A stretch of 64,000 nt of DNA. It comes from Planctomycetota bacterium. GTDB taxonomy: Bacteria > Planctomycetota > UBA1135 > UBA2386. Of this stretch, positions 56,561 to 64,000 are shown piece after piece (positions within the stretch are counted from its first letter, which is position 1; the number at the start of each line of letters is the position of its first letter). The notes beneath the pieces were generated by a model, which saw only the letters and a program-made list of their open reading frames with translations, ran no database searches and had not been told where the DNA came from. Both the position numbers and the translations under genes were made by a program. The stretch is from NCBI GenBank assembly GCA_046290465.1, contig JBKAGP010000001.1:4576001-4640000 (forward strand). Direction: 5' to 3'.

Positions 56561-56576
56561 CGCAACATCCATGCCC
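56561..56576 (-). promoter_or_regulatory. Sigma54 promoter
   Basis: GGGCATG-GATG-TTGCG. Confidence 0.6.
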
Positions 56577-56710
56577 GTGCCGGTCGGCCCCGGGGTTCGA
56601 CGGCCCGCTCCGCGGCCGTATCGGTCGTGCGTGTGAGCAGATTGCAGATCTCGCACACGCACCGTTGCCCCGACGCAGGGATTCCGCGCGGGCCGTTCGT
56701 CCCACCGCGT

Positions 56711-56726
56711 TGGTACGCAGCTTGCT
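56711..56726 (+). promoter_or_regulatory. Sigma54 promoter for sodC
   Basis: TGGTACG-CAGC-TTGCT. Confidence 0.75.
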
Positions 56727-56741
56727 CCACGGACTCCGGTC

Positions 56742-57272
56742 ATGAAGATGATTCGAAGTTGTTCCGTCGCCCTCCTCGCGCTGGCTGCCTGCACCTCGGA
56801 TGTCGGTTCGCACGGCCACTCCGTCGACACGGCGATCTGTGTCCTGCAGCCCGTCGGCGATTCCGGCGTGACCGGCAGGCTGCTCGTGACCCCGACGTCC
56901 GACGGTGTGCGGATCGTCGGTGAGGTGCGCGGCCTGACGCCGGGCGAGCACGGCTTCCATGTGCACGAGTTCGGCGACCTGAGCGACCTTCGCGAGGGCA
57001 AGTCCGCCGGCGGCCACTTCGCCCCGGGTGGCCACGATCACGGCGCGCGCGAGCACGGCGAACGGCACGCGGGTGACCTCGGCAACATCGTGGCGGGCGA
57101 CGACGGCGTCGCCAAGGTCGACATCCGGGACGGTGTGATCGCGCTCGGCGGCAAGCACTCGATCGTCGGTCGCGCCCTGGTCGTGCACGCCGAACGCGAC
57201 GACTACGGGCAGCCGACCGGCAACGCCGGGGCGCGCGTCGCGGTGGGCGTGATTGGTATCGCGCGGCGCTGA
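56742..57272 (+). CDS. sodC: Cu/Zn superoxide dismutase, lipoprotein
   Basis: [37 protein letters not shown] lipobox. Confidence 0.95.
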   Translation: MKMIRSCSVALLALAACTSDVGSHGHSVDTAICVLQPVGDSGVTGRLLVTPTSDGVRIVGEVRGLTPGEHGFHVHEFGDLSDLREGKSAGGHFAPGGHDHGAREHGERHAGDLGNIVAGDDGVAKVDIRDGVIALGGKHSIVGRALVVHAERDDYGQPTGNAGARVAVGVIGIARR

Positions 57273-57979
57273 TGCCGCCCGGATCTAGAAGCGCGTCCAT
57301 GTAGTGGACGCGCGGCCAACCATGATCGCGGAAGCGGCGTGTGCGCGTGCGGACGGGGCTTTGCCTCCTGACCCTCGTTCGGCTTCGCGTCGAGCGGGGC
57401 CTCGAGGTCGCGCGCGAGCAGGATCGCATCGGCGATGTCGAGCAGCTTGCGCCGCTTGCTGGCGGCGGTCTTCTGCAGCATGCGGAAGGCCTCCGACTCG
57501 TCGAGGCCGTGCTGCTTCATCAGCACGCCCTTGGCCTTCTCGATCGTCTTCCGCGCCGTCAGCGCCGACTTCAGGTCCTGCACCTCGGCCTGCAGTTCGC
57601 GGAACTGCTCGAACCGCGCGAGGACCAGCTTGATGGTGGGGCGCAGATCCTCCTCCACGACCGGCTCGACCAGGTACGCCATCACGTGGTCCTCGAGCGC
57701 CCGTTCGACGCTGGCGAGGTCCGAGCGCGGGGTGACGATGATGCTCGGCAGCGGGTCGATGCGGGAGATGTCGATCAGCGAGCGGATCGCGTCCCCGTCC
57801 TCGAGTCGCAGCGACGACAGGATCAGGTCCGGTCGCGTGCCGCGGCACGTCGACATGACCTCGGCGCGCGTCGAGACGTGCCCCGCGACGTCGTGGCCCA
57901 GGGACGTCAGTAGCTGCGACAGCTCGTTGCCGCGTTCCGTATCGTGATGGGCAACCAGGATCTTGTGACTCTCGTCCAT
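57203..57979 (-). CDS. Pseudo-receiver plus ANTAR RNA-binding regulator (AmiR/NasT/PdtaR-like)
   Basis: [35 protein letters not shown]; receiver lacks the phospho-Asp and Lys. Confidence 0.88.
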   Translation of the reverse strand: MDESHKILVAHHDTERGNELSQLLTSLGHDVAGHVSTRAEVMSTCRGTRPDLILSSLRLEDGDAIRSLIDISRIDPLPSIIVTPRSDLASVERALEDHVMAYLVEPVVEEDLRPTIKLVLARFEQFRELQAEVQDLKSALTARKTIEKAKGVLMKQHGLDESEAFRMLQKTAASKRRKLLDIADAILLARDLEAPLDAKPNEGQEAKPRPHAHTPLPRSWLAARPLHGRASRSGRHQRRAIPITPTATRAPALPVGCP

Positions 57980-58012
57980 GGGGTTCGGCGGGATGGGGGG
58001 AGCTTGCCGCAC

Positions 58013-58028
58013 AGCAAGATACCTGCCA
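58013..58028 (-). promoter_or_regulatory. Sigma54 promoter for the ANTAR regulator
   Basis: TGGCAGG-TATC-TTGCT. Confidence 0.7.
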
Positions 58029-58155
58029 GGCCACGGGGTTCGCCGGAGGAATTATCTCGCCAGGGGCTGGCCACGGTCGTGGCGTGGCCGCTACAAGGTA
58101 TGGGTCTTCGTCCGCTGACCCATGACGGCTCGGTTTGGACTCGCCAAGAGCCATC

Positions 58156-58776
58156 ATGGAAAGTCATCGCCAGCGTTCTGGCGTTGCCGGGGCTGCGCAT
58201 GCGCGCCTCCGCGACGCCACCATCCGCGTGCACGGTCTGCTCGAACGGGACCTGCTGATCAACTCGGTCGACCCGTCCGAGGACGACCGCCGCCGCTTCC
58301 TGGCCGCCCTCTATGGCTGGCTGGAGCCGACCGGAGCCAGACTGTGGACGCACGGTTGGAGCAGCGCGAGCGAGCCGGGCCTGCGCGCACGCAAGTACGA
58401 CTGGCTGCGCCGCGACCTCGAGGCCAACGGGATCGCGTGCGCGCGGCTGCCGATGGCGCGACAGTCGCTCGTGGTGTGCGATCCGTGGGCACGCATCGGC
58501 CTCGCCTACGTGCACGAGGGATCCCTGCTCGGCGGCCTGGTGCTCAAGCATCGCTGGCAGGGTGTCGGCTCGCCGCTCGCCGCGTCGCGCTACCTGACCG
58601 GCTACGGCCTGCGGCAACCGGACCTGTGGCGGTCGTTCCTGGCGGAGATCGAAGCTCTGTGCGCGGACAGCCCGGACGGGCTCGAACGGTCCTGCGACCA
58701 TGCGGTCGCCGCGTTCGGCTCGCTGCACGAGTGGTTTCGTGAGCAGGGCGTGACCAGGTTGCGGGGGAGCAGGTGA
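58156..58776 (+). CDS. bphO: Biliverdin-producing heme oxygenase
   Basis: LRDATIRVHGLLE, GLAYVHEGSLLGG; GTGA-coupled to the phytochrome. Confidence 0.85.
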   Translation: MESHRQRSGVAGAAHARLRDATIRVHGLLERDLLINSVDPSEDDRRRFLAALYGWLEPTGARLWTHGWSSASEPGLRARKYDWLRRDLEANGIACARLPMARQSLVVCDPWARIGLAYVHEGSLLGGLVLKHRWQGVGSPLAASRYLTGYGLRQPDLWRSFLAEIEALCADSPDGLERSCDHAVAAFGSLHEWFREQGVTRLRGSR

Positions 58777-60998
58777 GCGGCGACGAACCGGTCGAGCACG
58801 GCGACGCCAGTGCGGTGACGTTGGCGGACTGTGCCGACGAGCCGATCCATCGCCCCGGCATGATCCAGCCGCACGGCGCGATGCTGGTGTTCGACGCGGT
58901 GCCCAAGCTGGTCGCGCACAGCGCCAATGCGAGGCAGGTGCTCGGCGACCTGACGCTCCCGGAGGTCGGCGCCCAGCTCGGGCCGGAGCACATGCAGGGG
59001 CGGCTGCTGCCGCTGCTGCAGGACATGACCGCGCGCTCGCTCGCCAGCGTGTCGCTGGAGCTCGACGGACCCGACGGGCCGCTGGATCTGGTCGCGCACC
59101 AGTCGGATGGCGTCATCCTCGTCGAGGCCGAGACCCGTCCCGACCGGGCCGGCTCGGAACCGCAGTTCGCGTATCTGGTGCATCAGGTCACGTCGCGTCT
59201 GCAGCAGGAGACCGATCTCGTGTCGCTGCTCGGCGAGGCGGTGGTCGCGGTTCGTGACCTGACCGGCTTCGACCGCGTCATGGCCTACCAGTTCCTCGAG
59301 GACGACTCGGGCGAGGTCGTCGCCGAGGCGCGGCGATCCGACCTCGAGCCGTTCCTCGGGTTGCGCTATCCGTCGACGGACATCCCGTCGCAGGCGCGCC
59401 GGCTCTACGTGCTCAACCGCGTGCGCACGATCCCGGACGTCGACTACGAGCCCGTGCCGCTGGTTCCGTCGAGTCGCAACCCGGTGTCGGGCCGCGACCT
59501 CGACATGAGCCACTGCGTGCTGCGCAGCGTCTCGCCGATCCACGTCGAGTACCTCAACAACATGGGCGTCGGCGCCTCGATGAGCGTGTCGCTGGTGGTC
59601 GGCGGCAGGCTCTGGGGGTTGATCGCGTGCCACCACATGGGGCCCAAGTACCCGTCGCTCAACGTCAGGCTGTCGTGCCTGATCCTGTCCGAGCACCTGT
59701 CCCTGCTCGTCGCCAAGGTGTCCGAGAGTCGGCGCCTCGCGGTGATGCAGAAGTCGGCGCAGGCGGCCCGCCTGATGGTCGAACGTGCGGCTGCTGCGGA
59801 CGACGTGATCCAGGGAGTCATCTCCGGCACGCCGACGTTGCTCGACGTGGTCCCGTCCGATGGCGCGGCGATCGTGCTCGGCGGGCGGATCGCGACGATC
59901 GGTCGGGTTCCGCCGCGCCAGCAGATCCGTCGGCTGGTCGACCGCGTCGCGACGCGCGCCGAGCCGGTGTTTGCGTCGCATCGCGCCGAGGAGTGGGTGC
60001 AGGACGAGGACGACAGCACCTGGGCGGGTCTGCTGGCCGCCGAGTTCTTCCGCGACTCGACCGGTTACCTGCTCTGGTTCCGGTCCGAGCAGGTGCGACA
60101 GGTCCGGTGGGCCGGCAATCCGGAGAAGGTCTACGCCGCCGGCCCGAACGGCGGTCGGCTGAGCCCGCGCGGTTCGTTCGAGGAGTGGAAGGAGCTCGCC
60201 CGCGGCACCTCGGCCAGCTGGCTCGACGGCGAGATCGATGCGGCACAGGAGTTCCGCGTGCAGCTGCAGCGGGTCGCGCTGCAGCGCGTGTCGCGACTGG
60301 AGCGCATGCAGAGCCTGTTGATCGGCGTCCTGGGTCACGACCTGCGCACGCCGCTGCACGCGATCTCGCTGTCGGCGGAGGTGTTGGCTGCCTCCCACGA
60401 GGCCGGCGATACGATCCGTCGCTCGACCTCGCGCATGCAGTCGATGATCGATCGCATGCTCGACTACGCGCGGCTGGCCAACAACGAAGGGTTGACGGTG
60501 CAGCCCCGGCGACAGGACGTGCACGTTGCGATCCGCGCGATCGTCGACGAGGCGTGCGCCGCGTTCCCGGGCTGCGAGATCGACTACCGCGCGCTCGGCG
60601 ATCCGCTCGCGGACTTCGACGGCACCCGGATGGGGCAGCTGGTCTCCAACCTGCTCAGCAACGCGCGCCACCACGGCGACGCCTCGCGGCCGATCCAGGT
60701 CGTCGTCGACGGCGACGACCGGGTCGTGCAGGTGGCGGTCTCGAACTACGGTGAGCCGATCGCCGAGGACCGGCGCGAGAGCATCTTCGACGCGTTCGTG
60801 TCGGACGGCGCCCATAAGGACGGCGCCCATCAGGGTGGCGGCGGCAAGGGCGGCGGCGAACGGGTCGGGCTGGGACTGTTCATCTGCCGTGCGATCGTGC
60901 GGGCGCACGGCGGCACGATCTCGGTCGCCTGCGACGACGGCCAGACGACCTTCGCGTTCCGGATCCCGCGGTCGGCCGCGGGCGGCGACGCTCACTGA
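58773..60998 (+). CDS. bphP: Bacteriophytochrome histidine kinase (PAS-GAF-PHY-HisKA-HATPase)
   Basis: CADEPIHRPGMIQPHG (biliverdin-binding Cys), FDRVMAYQF, DIP, SPIHVEYL, WAG, PRGSF, HDLRTPL. Confidence 0.95.
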   Translation: MSGDEPVEHGDASAVTLADCADEPIHRPGMIQPHGAMLVFDAVPKLVAHSANARQVLGDLTLPEVGAQLGPEHMQGRLLPLLQDMTARSLASVSLELDGPDGPLDLVAHQSDGVILVEAETRPDRAGSEPQFAYLVHQVTSRLQQETDLVSLLGEAVVAVRDLTGFDRVMAYQFLEDDSGEVVAEARRSDLEPFLGLRYPSTDIPSQARRLYVLNRVRTIPDVDYEPVPLVPSSRNPVSGRDLDMSHCVLRSVSPIHVEYLNNMGVGASMSVSLVVGGRLWGLIACHHMGPKYPSLNVRLSCLILSEHLSLLVAKVSESRRLAVMQKSAQAARLMVERAAAADDVIQGVISGTPTLLDVVPSDGAAIVLGGRIATIGRVPPRQQIRRLVDRVATRAEPVFASHRAEEWVQDEDDSTWAGLLAAEFFRDSTGYLLWFRSEQVRQVRWAGNPEKVYAAGPNGGRLSPRGSFEEWKELARGTSASWLDGEIDAAQEFRVQLQRVALQRVSRLERMQSLLIGVLGHDLRTPLHAISLSAEVLAASHEAGDTIRRSTSRMQSMIDRMLDYARLANNEGLTVQPRRQDVHVAIRAIVDEACAAFPGCEIDYRALGDPLADFDGTRMGQLVSNLLSNARHHGDASRPIQVVVDGDDRVVQVAVSNYGEPIAEDRRESIFDAFVSDGAHKDGAHQGGGGKGGGERVGLGLFICRAIVRAHGGTISVACDDGQTTFAFRIPRSAAGGDAH

Positions 60999-62623
60999 TC
61001 GGAGAGCAGCGGCGCCAGCGCCGCGCGCAGCGTCTCGGGTTGCACCGGCTTGGTCAGGTGCTCGTCGAAGCCTGCTGCGAGCGCCTGCTCACGGTCGGAC
61101 TGCTGGCCGTAGCCGGTGACGGCGAGCCACAGCCGCTTTCGCTCCGTGCTCGGTTGCTTCGCCGCGCGGATCACCTCGTAGCCGTCGAGCTTGGGCAGGC
61201 CGATGTCGAGCAGCACGGCGTCGGGGTCGTGTTGTTCGAGGCACCGCAGCGCGGCCTCGCCGTCGTGGGCGAGCACCGTGCGGAAGCCCCACAGCTCGAG
61301 CAGCATGCCGGCGGACGTCGCCGAGTCGACGTTGTCGTCGACGATCAGCGCGATGGGGGTGTGCGCTGCCTGCGTGTCCGGTCGTGCGGCGGCGTCGTCG
61401 GCGGCGGAGGCGGCCTGCGTGCGCGGCAGGCGCACCGAGAACGTGCTGCCCGCGCCGGGGCCCGGACTGCTCGCCTCGACCTCGCCGCCGTGCATCGTCA
61501 CCAGCCGGCGCACCAGGGTCAGGCCGAGCCCGAGGCCGCCTTCGGCCCGCTCGGGGCTGCGTTCGCCCTGCACGAACAGGTCGAACAGCGCGTCGATCTG
61601 GTCCGCGGCGATGCCGGCGCCGTCGTCGCGGACCGACAGCGTCACCGACGTCGGGGTCGTACCGACCTCGACCTCGATGTGGCCGCCGGGTTGCGTGTAC
61701 TTGGTCGCGTTGTCGAGCAGGTTGCTGACGATCTGGACGAGGCGCACCGCGTCGCCTTCGACGAGGGCGGCGTCCGGACCGGTGTCGACGCGGACCTGGT
61801 GCCGGTTCTGCGTGAAGCTCGGCTGGATGCGTTCGACCGCCTGGTCAACCACGGTGCGGATGTCGACGACCTCGCGTCGCATCGGCAGCTTGCCGTTCAT
61901 GATGCGCGCGACGTCGAGCAGGTCGTCGACGAGGTGGCGCATCTGGTCGACCTGCCGGGCGATGATCTCCGAGACCCGACGCACGTGTTCGGGGTCGGGG
62001 GCCGTGCGCAGCACCTCGACGGCGTTGCTGATCGGAGCCAGCGGGTTGCGCAACTCGTGGCCGAGCATCGCGAGGAACTCGTCCTTGCGCCGGTCGATCT
62101 CCTGCAGCTTCTCGAGCGCCTTCTGTGCGCGCTGCTCGGCGCGTCGACGTTCGCCGATCTCGCGCTCGAGTTCTCGCCGTCGCTCGGCCTCGATGCCGGC
62201 GCGCACCTTGGTCCGCTGCAGCTCCTGTTCGGCCAGCGCGCTCTGCAGCACGCGCTCGACGCATGAGACGAGCATCTCGAGGAAGCTGTCTCCCTTGTGC
62301 ACGAAGTCCCGCACGCCGGCGCGCAGGGCCTGCAGGACGACGTTGGGGTCTTCGTTGCCGGTGACCAGCACGCACGGGGCCTGCATCCCACGCTCCTGCA
62401 GCGCGGCCACCAGTTCGAGCCCGGTCCGGCCGCCGGTCAGCTGCTGATCGATCAACCAGCACTGCACGTCCGCCAGCCGCGGATGGGCCAGCGCCTCTTC
62501 GGTGCTGGCGCAGGCCAAAACCTCGTAGCCGCGGCGCTGCAGCGCGAGCTGCTCCATGCGTGCGGTGCCGGCGTCGTCGTCGACCACGCACAGCAGGTGA
62601 GGATCAATCGTCTCGTCCGGCAT
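60992..62623 (-). CDS. Hybrid histidine kinase REC-HisKA-HATPase-REC
   Basis: GHELRNPL, NLLDNATKY, DDGAGI, GLGLGL; two receiver domains. Confidence 0.92.
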   Translation of the reverse strand: MPDETIDPHLLCVVDDDAGTARMEQLALQRRGYEVLACASTEEALAHPRLADVQCWLIDQQLTGGRTGLELVAALQERGMQAPCVLVTGNEDPNVVLQALRAGVRDFVHKGDSFLEMLVSCVERVLQSALAEQELQRTKVRAGIEAERRRELEREIGERRRAEQRAQKALEKLQEIDRRKDEFLAMLGHELRNPLAPISNAVEVLRTAPDPEHVRRVSEIIARQVDQMRHLVDDLLDVARIMNGKLPMRREVVDIRTVVDQAVERIQPSFTQNRHQVRVDTGPDAALVEGDAVRLVQIVSNLLDNATKYTQPGGHIEVEVGTTPTSVTLSVRDDGAGIAADQIDALFDLFVQGERSPERAEGGLGLGLTLVRRLVTMHGGEVEASSPGPGAGSTFSVRLPRTQAASAADDAAARPDTQAAHTPIALIVDDNVDSATSAGMLLELWGFRTVLAHDGEAALRCLEQHDPDAVLLDIGLPKLDGYEVIRAAKQPSTERKRLWLAVTGYGQQSDREQALAAGFDEHLTKPVQPETLRAALAPLLSDQ

Positions 62624-63050
62624 CTTCGGGGAAGCGGGCGATTTTCAAGAACCTGCCGAGGCGTTGCATCGCCTCGACGAACTCGTCGTAGACGACCGGC
62701 TTGGTCACGTAGACGTTGCAGCCGAGTTCGTAGCAGCGTTGCACCTCCTGCGGACTGTCGGAGGTGGTCAGCATGATGACCGGCAGGCGCTGGTGCTCGG
62801 GGTCCTGTCGCAGCCGCTCGAGCACGCCGATCCCGTCGAGCTTCGGCATGTTGATGTCGAGCACGAGCAGACGGCGGCTGCCGGCGCCGACCGGCCGCGG
62901 CTGTTCGCTCAGGTATCGGAGGACCTCCTGGCCGTCCTCGCAGCGAACGACCTGGCCGTCGAAGCCGGCGCGCTCGAGGTTCTTGCAGATCAGGTGGGCG
63001 TGTCCGTCATCGTCCTCTCCGAGGATGATGGTTGTGATCGATGGTTCCAT
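62604..63050 (-). CDS. Single-domain response regulator (Rcp-like)
   Basis: GEDDDGH, LDINMPKLDG, MLTTSD, CYELGCNVYVTKP. Confidence 0.9.
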   Translation of the reverse strand: MEPSITTIILGEDDDGHAHLICKNLERAGFDGQVVRCEDGQEVLRYLSEQPRPVGAGSRRLLVLDINMPKLDGIGVLERLRQDPEHQRLPVIMLTTSDSPQEVQRCYELGCNVYVTKPVVYDEFVEAMQRLGRFLKIARFPEDAGRDD

Positions 63051-63069
63051 GCGTTTCGTCGCCGCAATC

Positions 63070-64000
63070 CTACTCGTCGGACCCGGCCGGTCGAGCCTGC
63101 ATCAGGGTCACGTGCACGGTGGTCCCCTCGCCGGCGACCGAAGTGATCTTCAGCGCGCCGTGGTGCCGATCGACCACCCGTTTGACCAGCGACAGGCCGA
63201 TGCCCTCGCCCTCGCCGCCGGCGTAACGTGAGAACGGCAGCGTCGCCCGTTCGCACTGCTGCTCGGTCATGCCGATGCCGTTGTCCTGCACGAAGATCGT
63301 GTAGCTGCCTGCCGGGGATGCTTCGGCGACCCCGACGGTGATCTGCGCGTCGCGCTCCTGGTGCCGATACTTGATGGCGTTGTTGAGCAGGTTCTCGAAC
63401 ACGCGCACCAGCGCGTCGGCGTCGCCGTATACGGTCGGCAGCGGTTCGCGAACCGCCATCGTCGAGCCGTCGGGCAGGCGCTTGCTCAGCTCCGCGACCA
63501 GCTCCCGGACCTGCTCGTCGAGGGCGACGTTCTGCCAGTGGTAGTCGACGCGGCCGGCCCGCGACAGGCTGAGCAGGGAGTCGATGATGCGCGCCTGCCG
63601 CTGCACGGCCAGGTCGATGAACCGCAGCGCTTCGCCCATGTCGCCCTCGATCAGGCCGTTCGCTCGTTCCTTGACCTCGGCGGGAACGTCGGGGGTCTCG
63701 CCGATCAGCTTCGACAGCGCCGCCGCGGTGCGGTGCAGTTCGCTGCCGAAGCCCTGCAGGTTGACCAGCGGCGATCGCAGGTCGTGCGAGACGCTGTAGA
63801 TGAACATCTCGTTCTCCGACTGCTGGGCGCGCAGCGAACGGACCATCTTGTGGGTGGCCGTATCGATCCTGCCGATCTCGTCCTCGGCCGGGACCGGCGC
63901 GACCAGCTCGCCGCCGCGCTCCATGCGCAGCACGTTCTCCTGGATGGTGTGCAGGCGCCGCAGCATGCTGCGCAGCAGCAGCCAGCCGAACGTCACGACG
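63070..64000 (-). CDS. Membrane sensor histidine kinase (HAMP-HisKA-HATPase); 5' end outside the window
   Basis: EDEIGRI, SHDLRSPL, NLLNNAIKY, DNGIG, GIGL. Confidence 0.9.
   Translation of the reverse strand, partial: VVTFGWLLLRSMLRRLHTIQENVLRMERGGELVAPVPAEDEIGRIDTATHKMVRSLRAQQSENEMFIYSVSHDLRSPLVNLQGFGSELHRTAAALSKLIGETPDVPAEVKERANGLIEGDMGEALRFIDLAVQRQARIIDSLLSLSRAGRVDYHWQNVALDEQVRELVAELSKRLPDGSTMAVREPLPTVYGDADALVRVFENLLNNAIKYRHQERDAQITVGVAEASPAGSYTIFVQDNGIGMTEQQCERATLPFSRYAGGEGEGIGLSLVKRVVDRHHGALKITSVAGEGTTVHVTLMQARPAGSDE

Overview
High-GC (roughly 70% by eye), densely coding bacterial DNA; gene content (two FliA/WhiG sigmas, FG-GAP and LRR secreted proteins, ECF sigma pair) suggests Planctomycetota, which is an inference. 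Layout: (1) 1-7.5 kb, minus-strand envelope operon: fused ABC ATPase-permease, double-PDZ lipoprotein, two FG-GAP proteins, GT-C-like membrane protein. (2) 7.6-20.7 kb: aminotransferase, PIG-L deacetylase, an array of secretin-N-only paralogs (two intact, one deleted), ECF sigma plus LRR protein, a 56-bp perfect palindrome, an OYE oxidoreductase. (3) 20.8-36.4 kb: flagellar export and regulation cluster (fliOPQR-flhBAFG, two fliA, cheY-cheX-cheC/pseudo-REC) with a c-di-GMP-I riboswitch, sigma28 and sigma54 promoter motifs, a 63-aa stand-alone DHp-like protein, and a decaying low-GC insert with a G9 frameshift. (4) 36.5-50 kb: apt, ispH, nadE, AsmA-like, degenerate Fic, GspG-like, BirA, GT2-TPR, TPR, then a candidate ~180-nt structured ncRNA. 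(5) 50.5-64 kb: a stress/light island where six transcription units each carry a sigma54 -24/-12 motif (PhoD-like, YihY, DUF748, sodC, pseudo-receiver ANTAR protein), next to bphO-bphP and a convergent three-gene phosphorelay. Best candidates for undescribed systems: the sigma54 / phytochrome / ANTAR island, the DHp-CheY-CheX-CheC module lacking a local CheA, and the secretin-N-only array. All calls come from reading motifs by eye; no searches were run.
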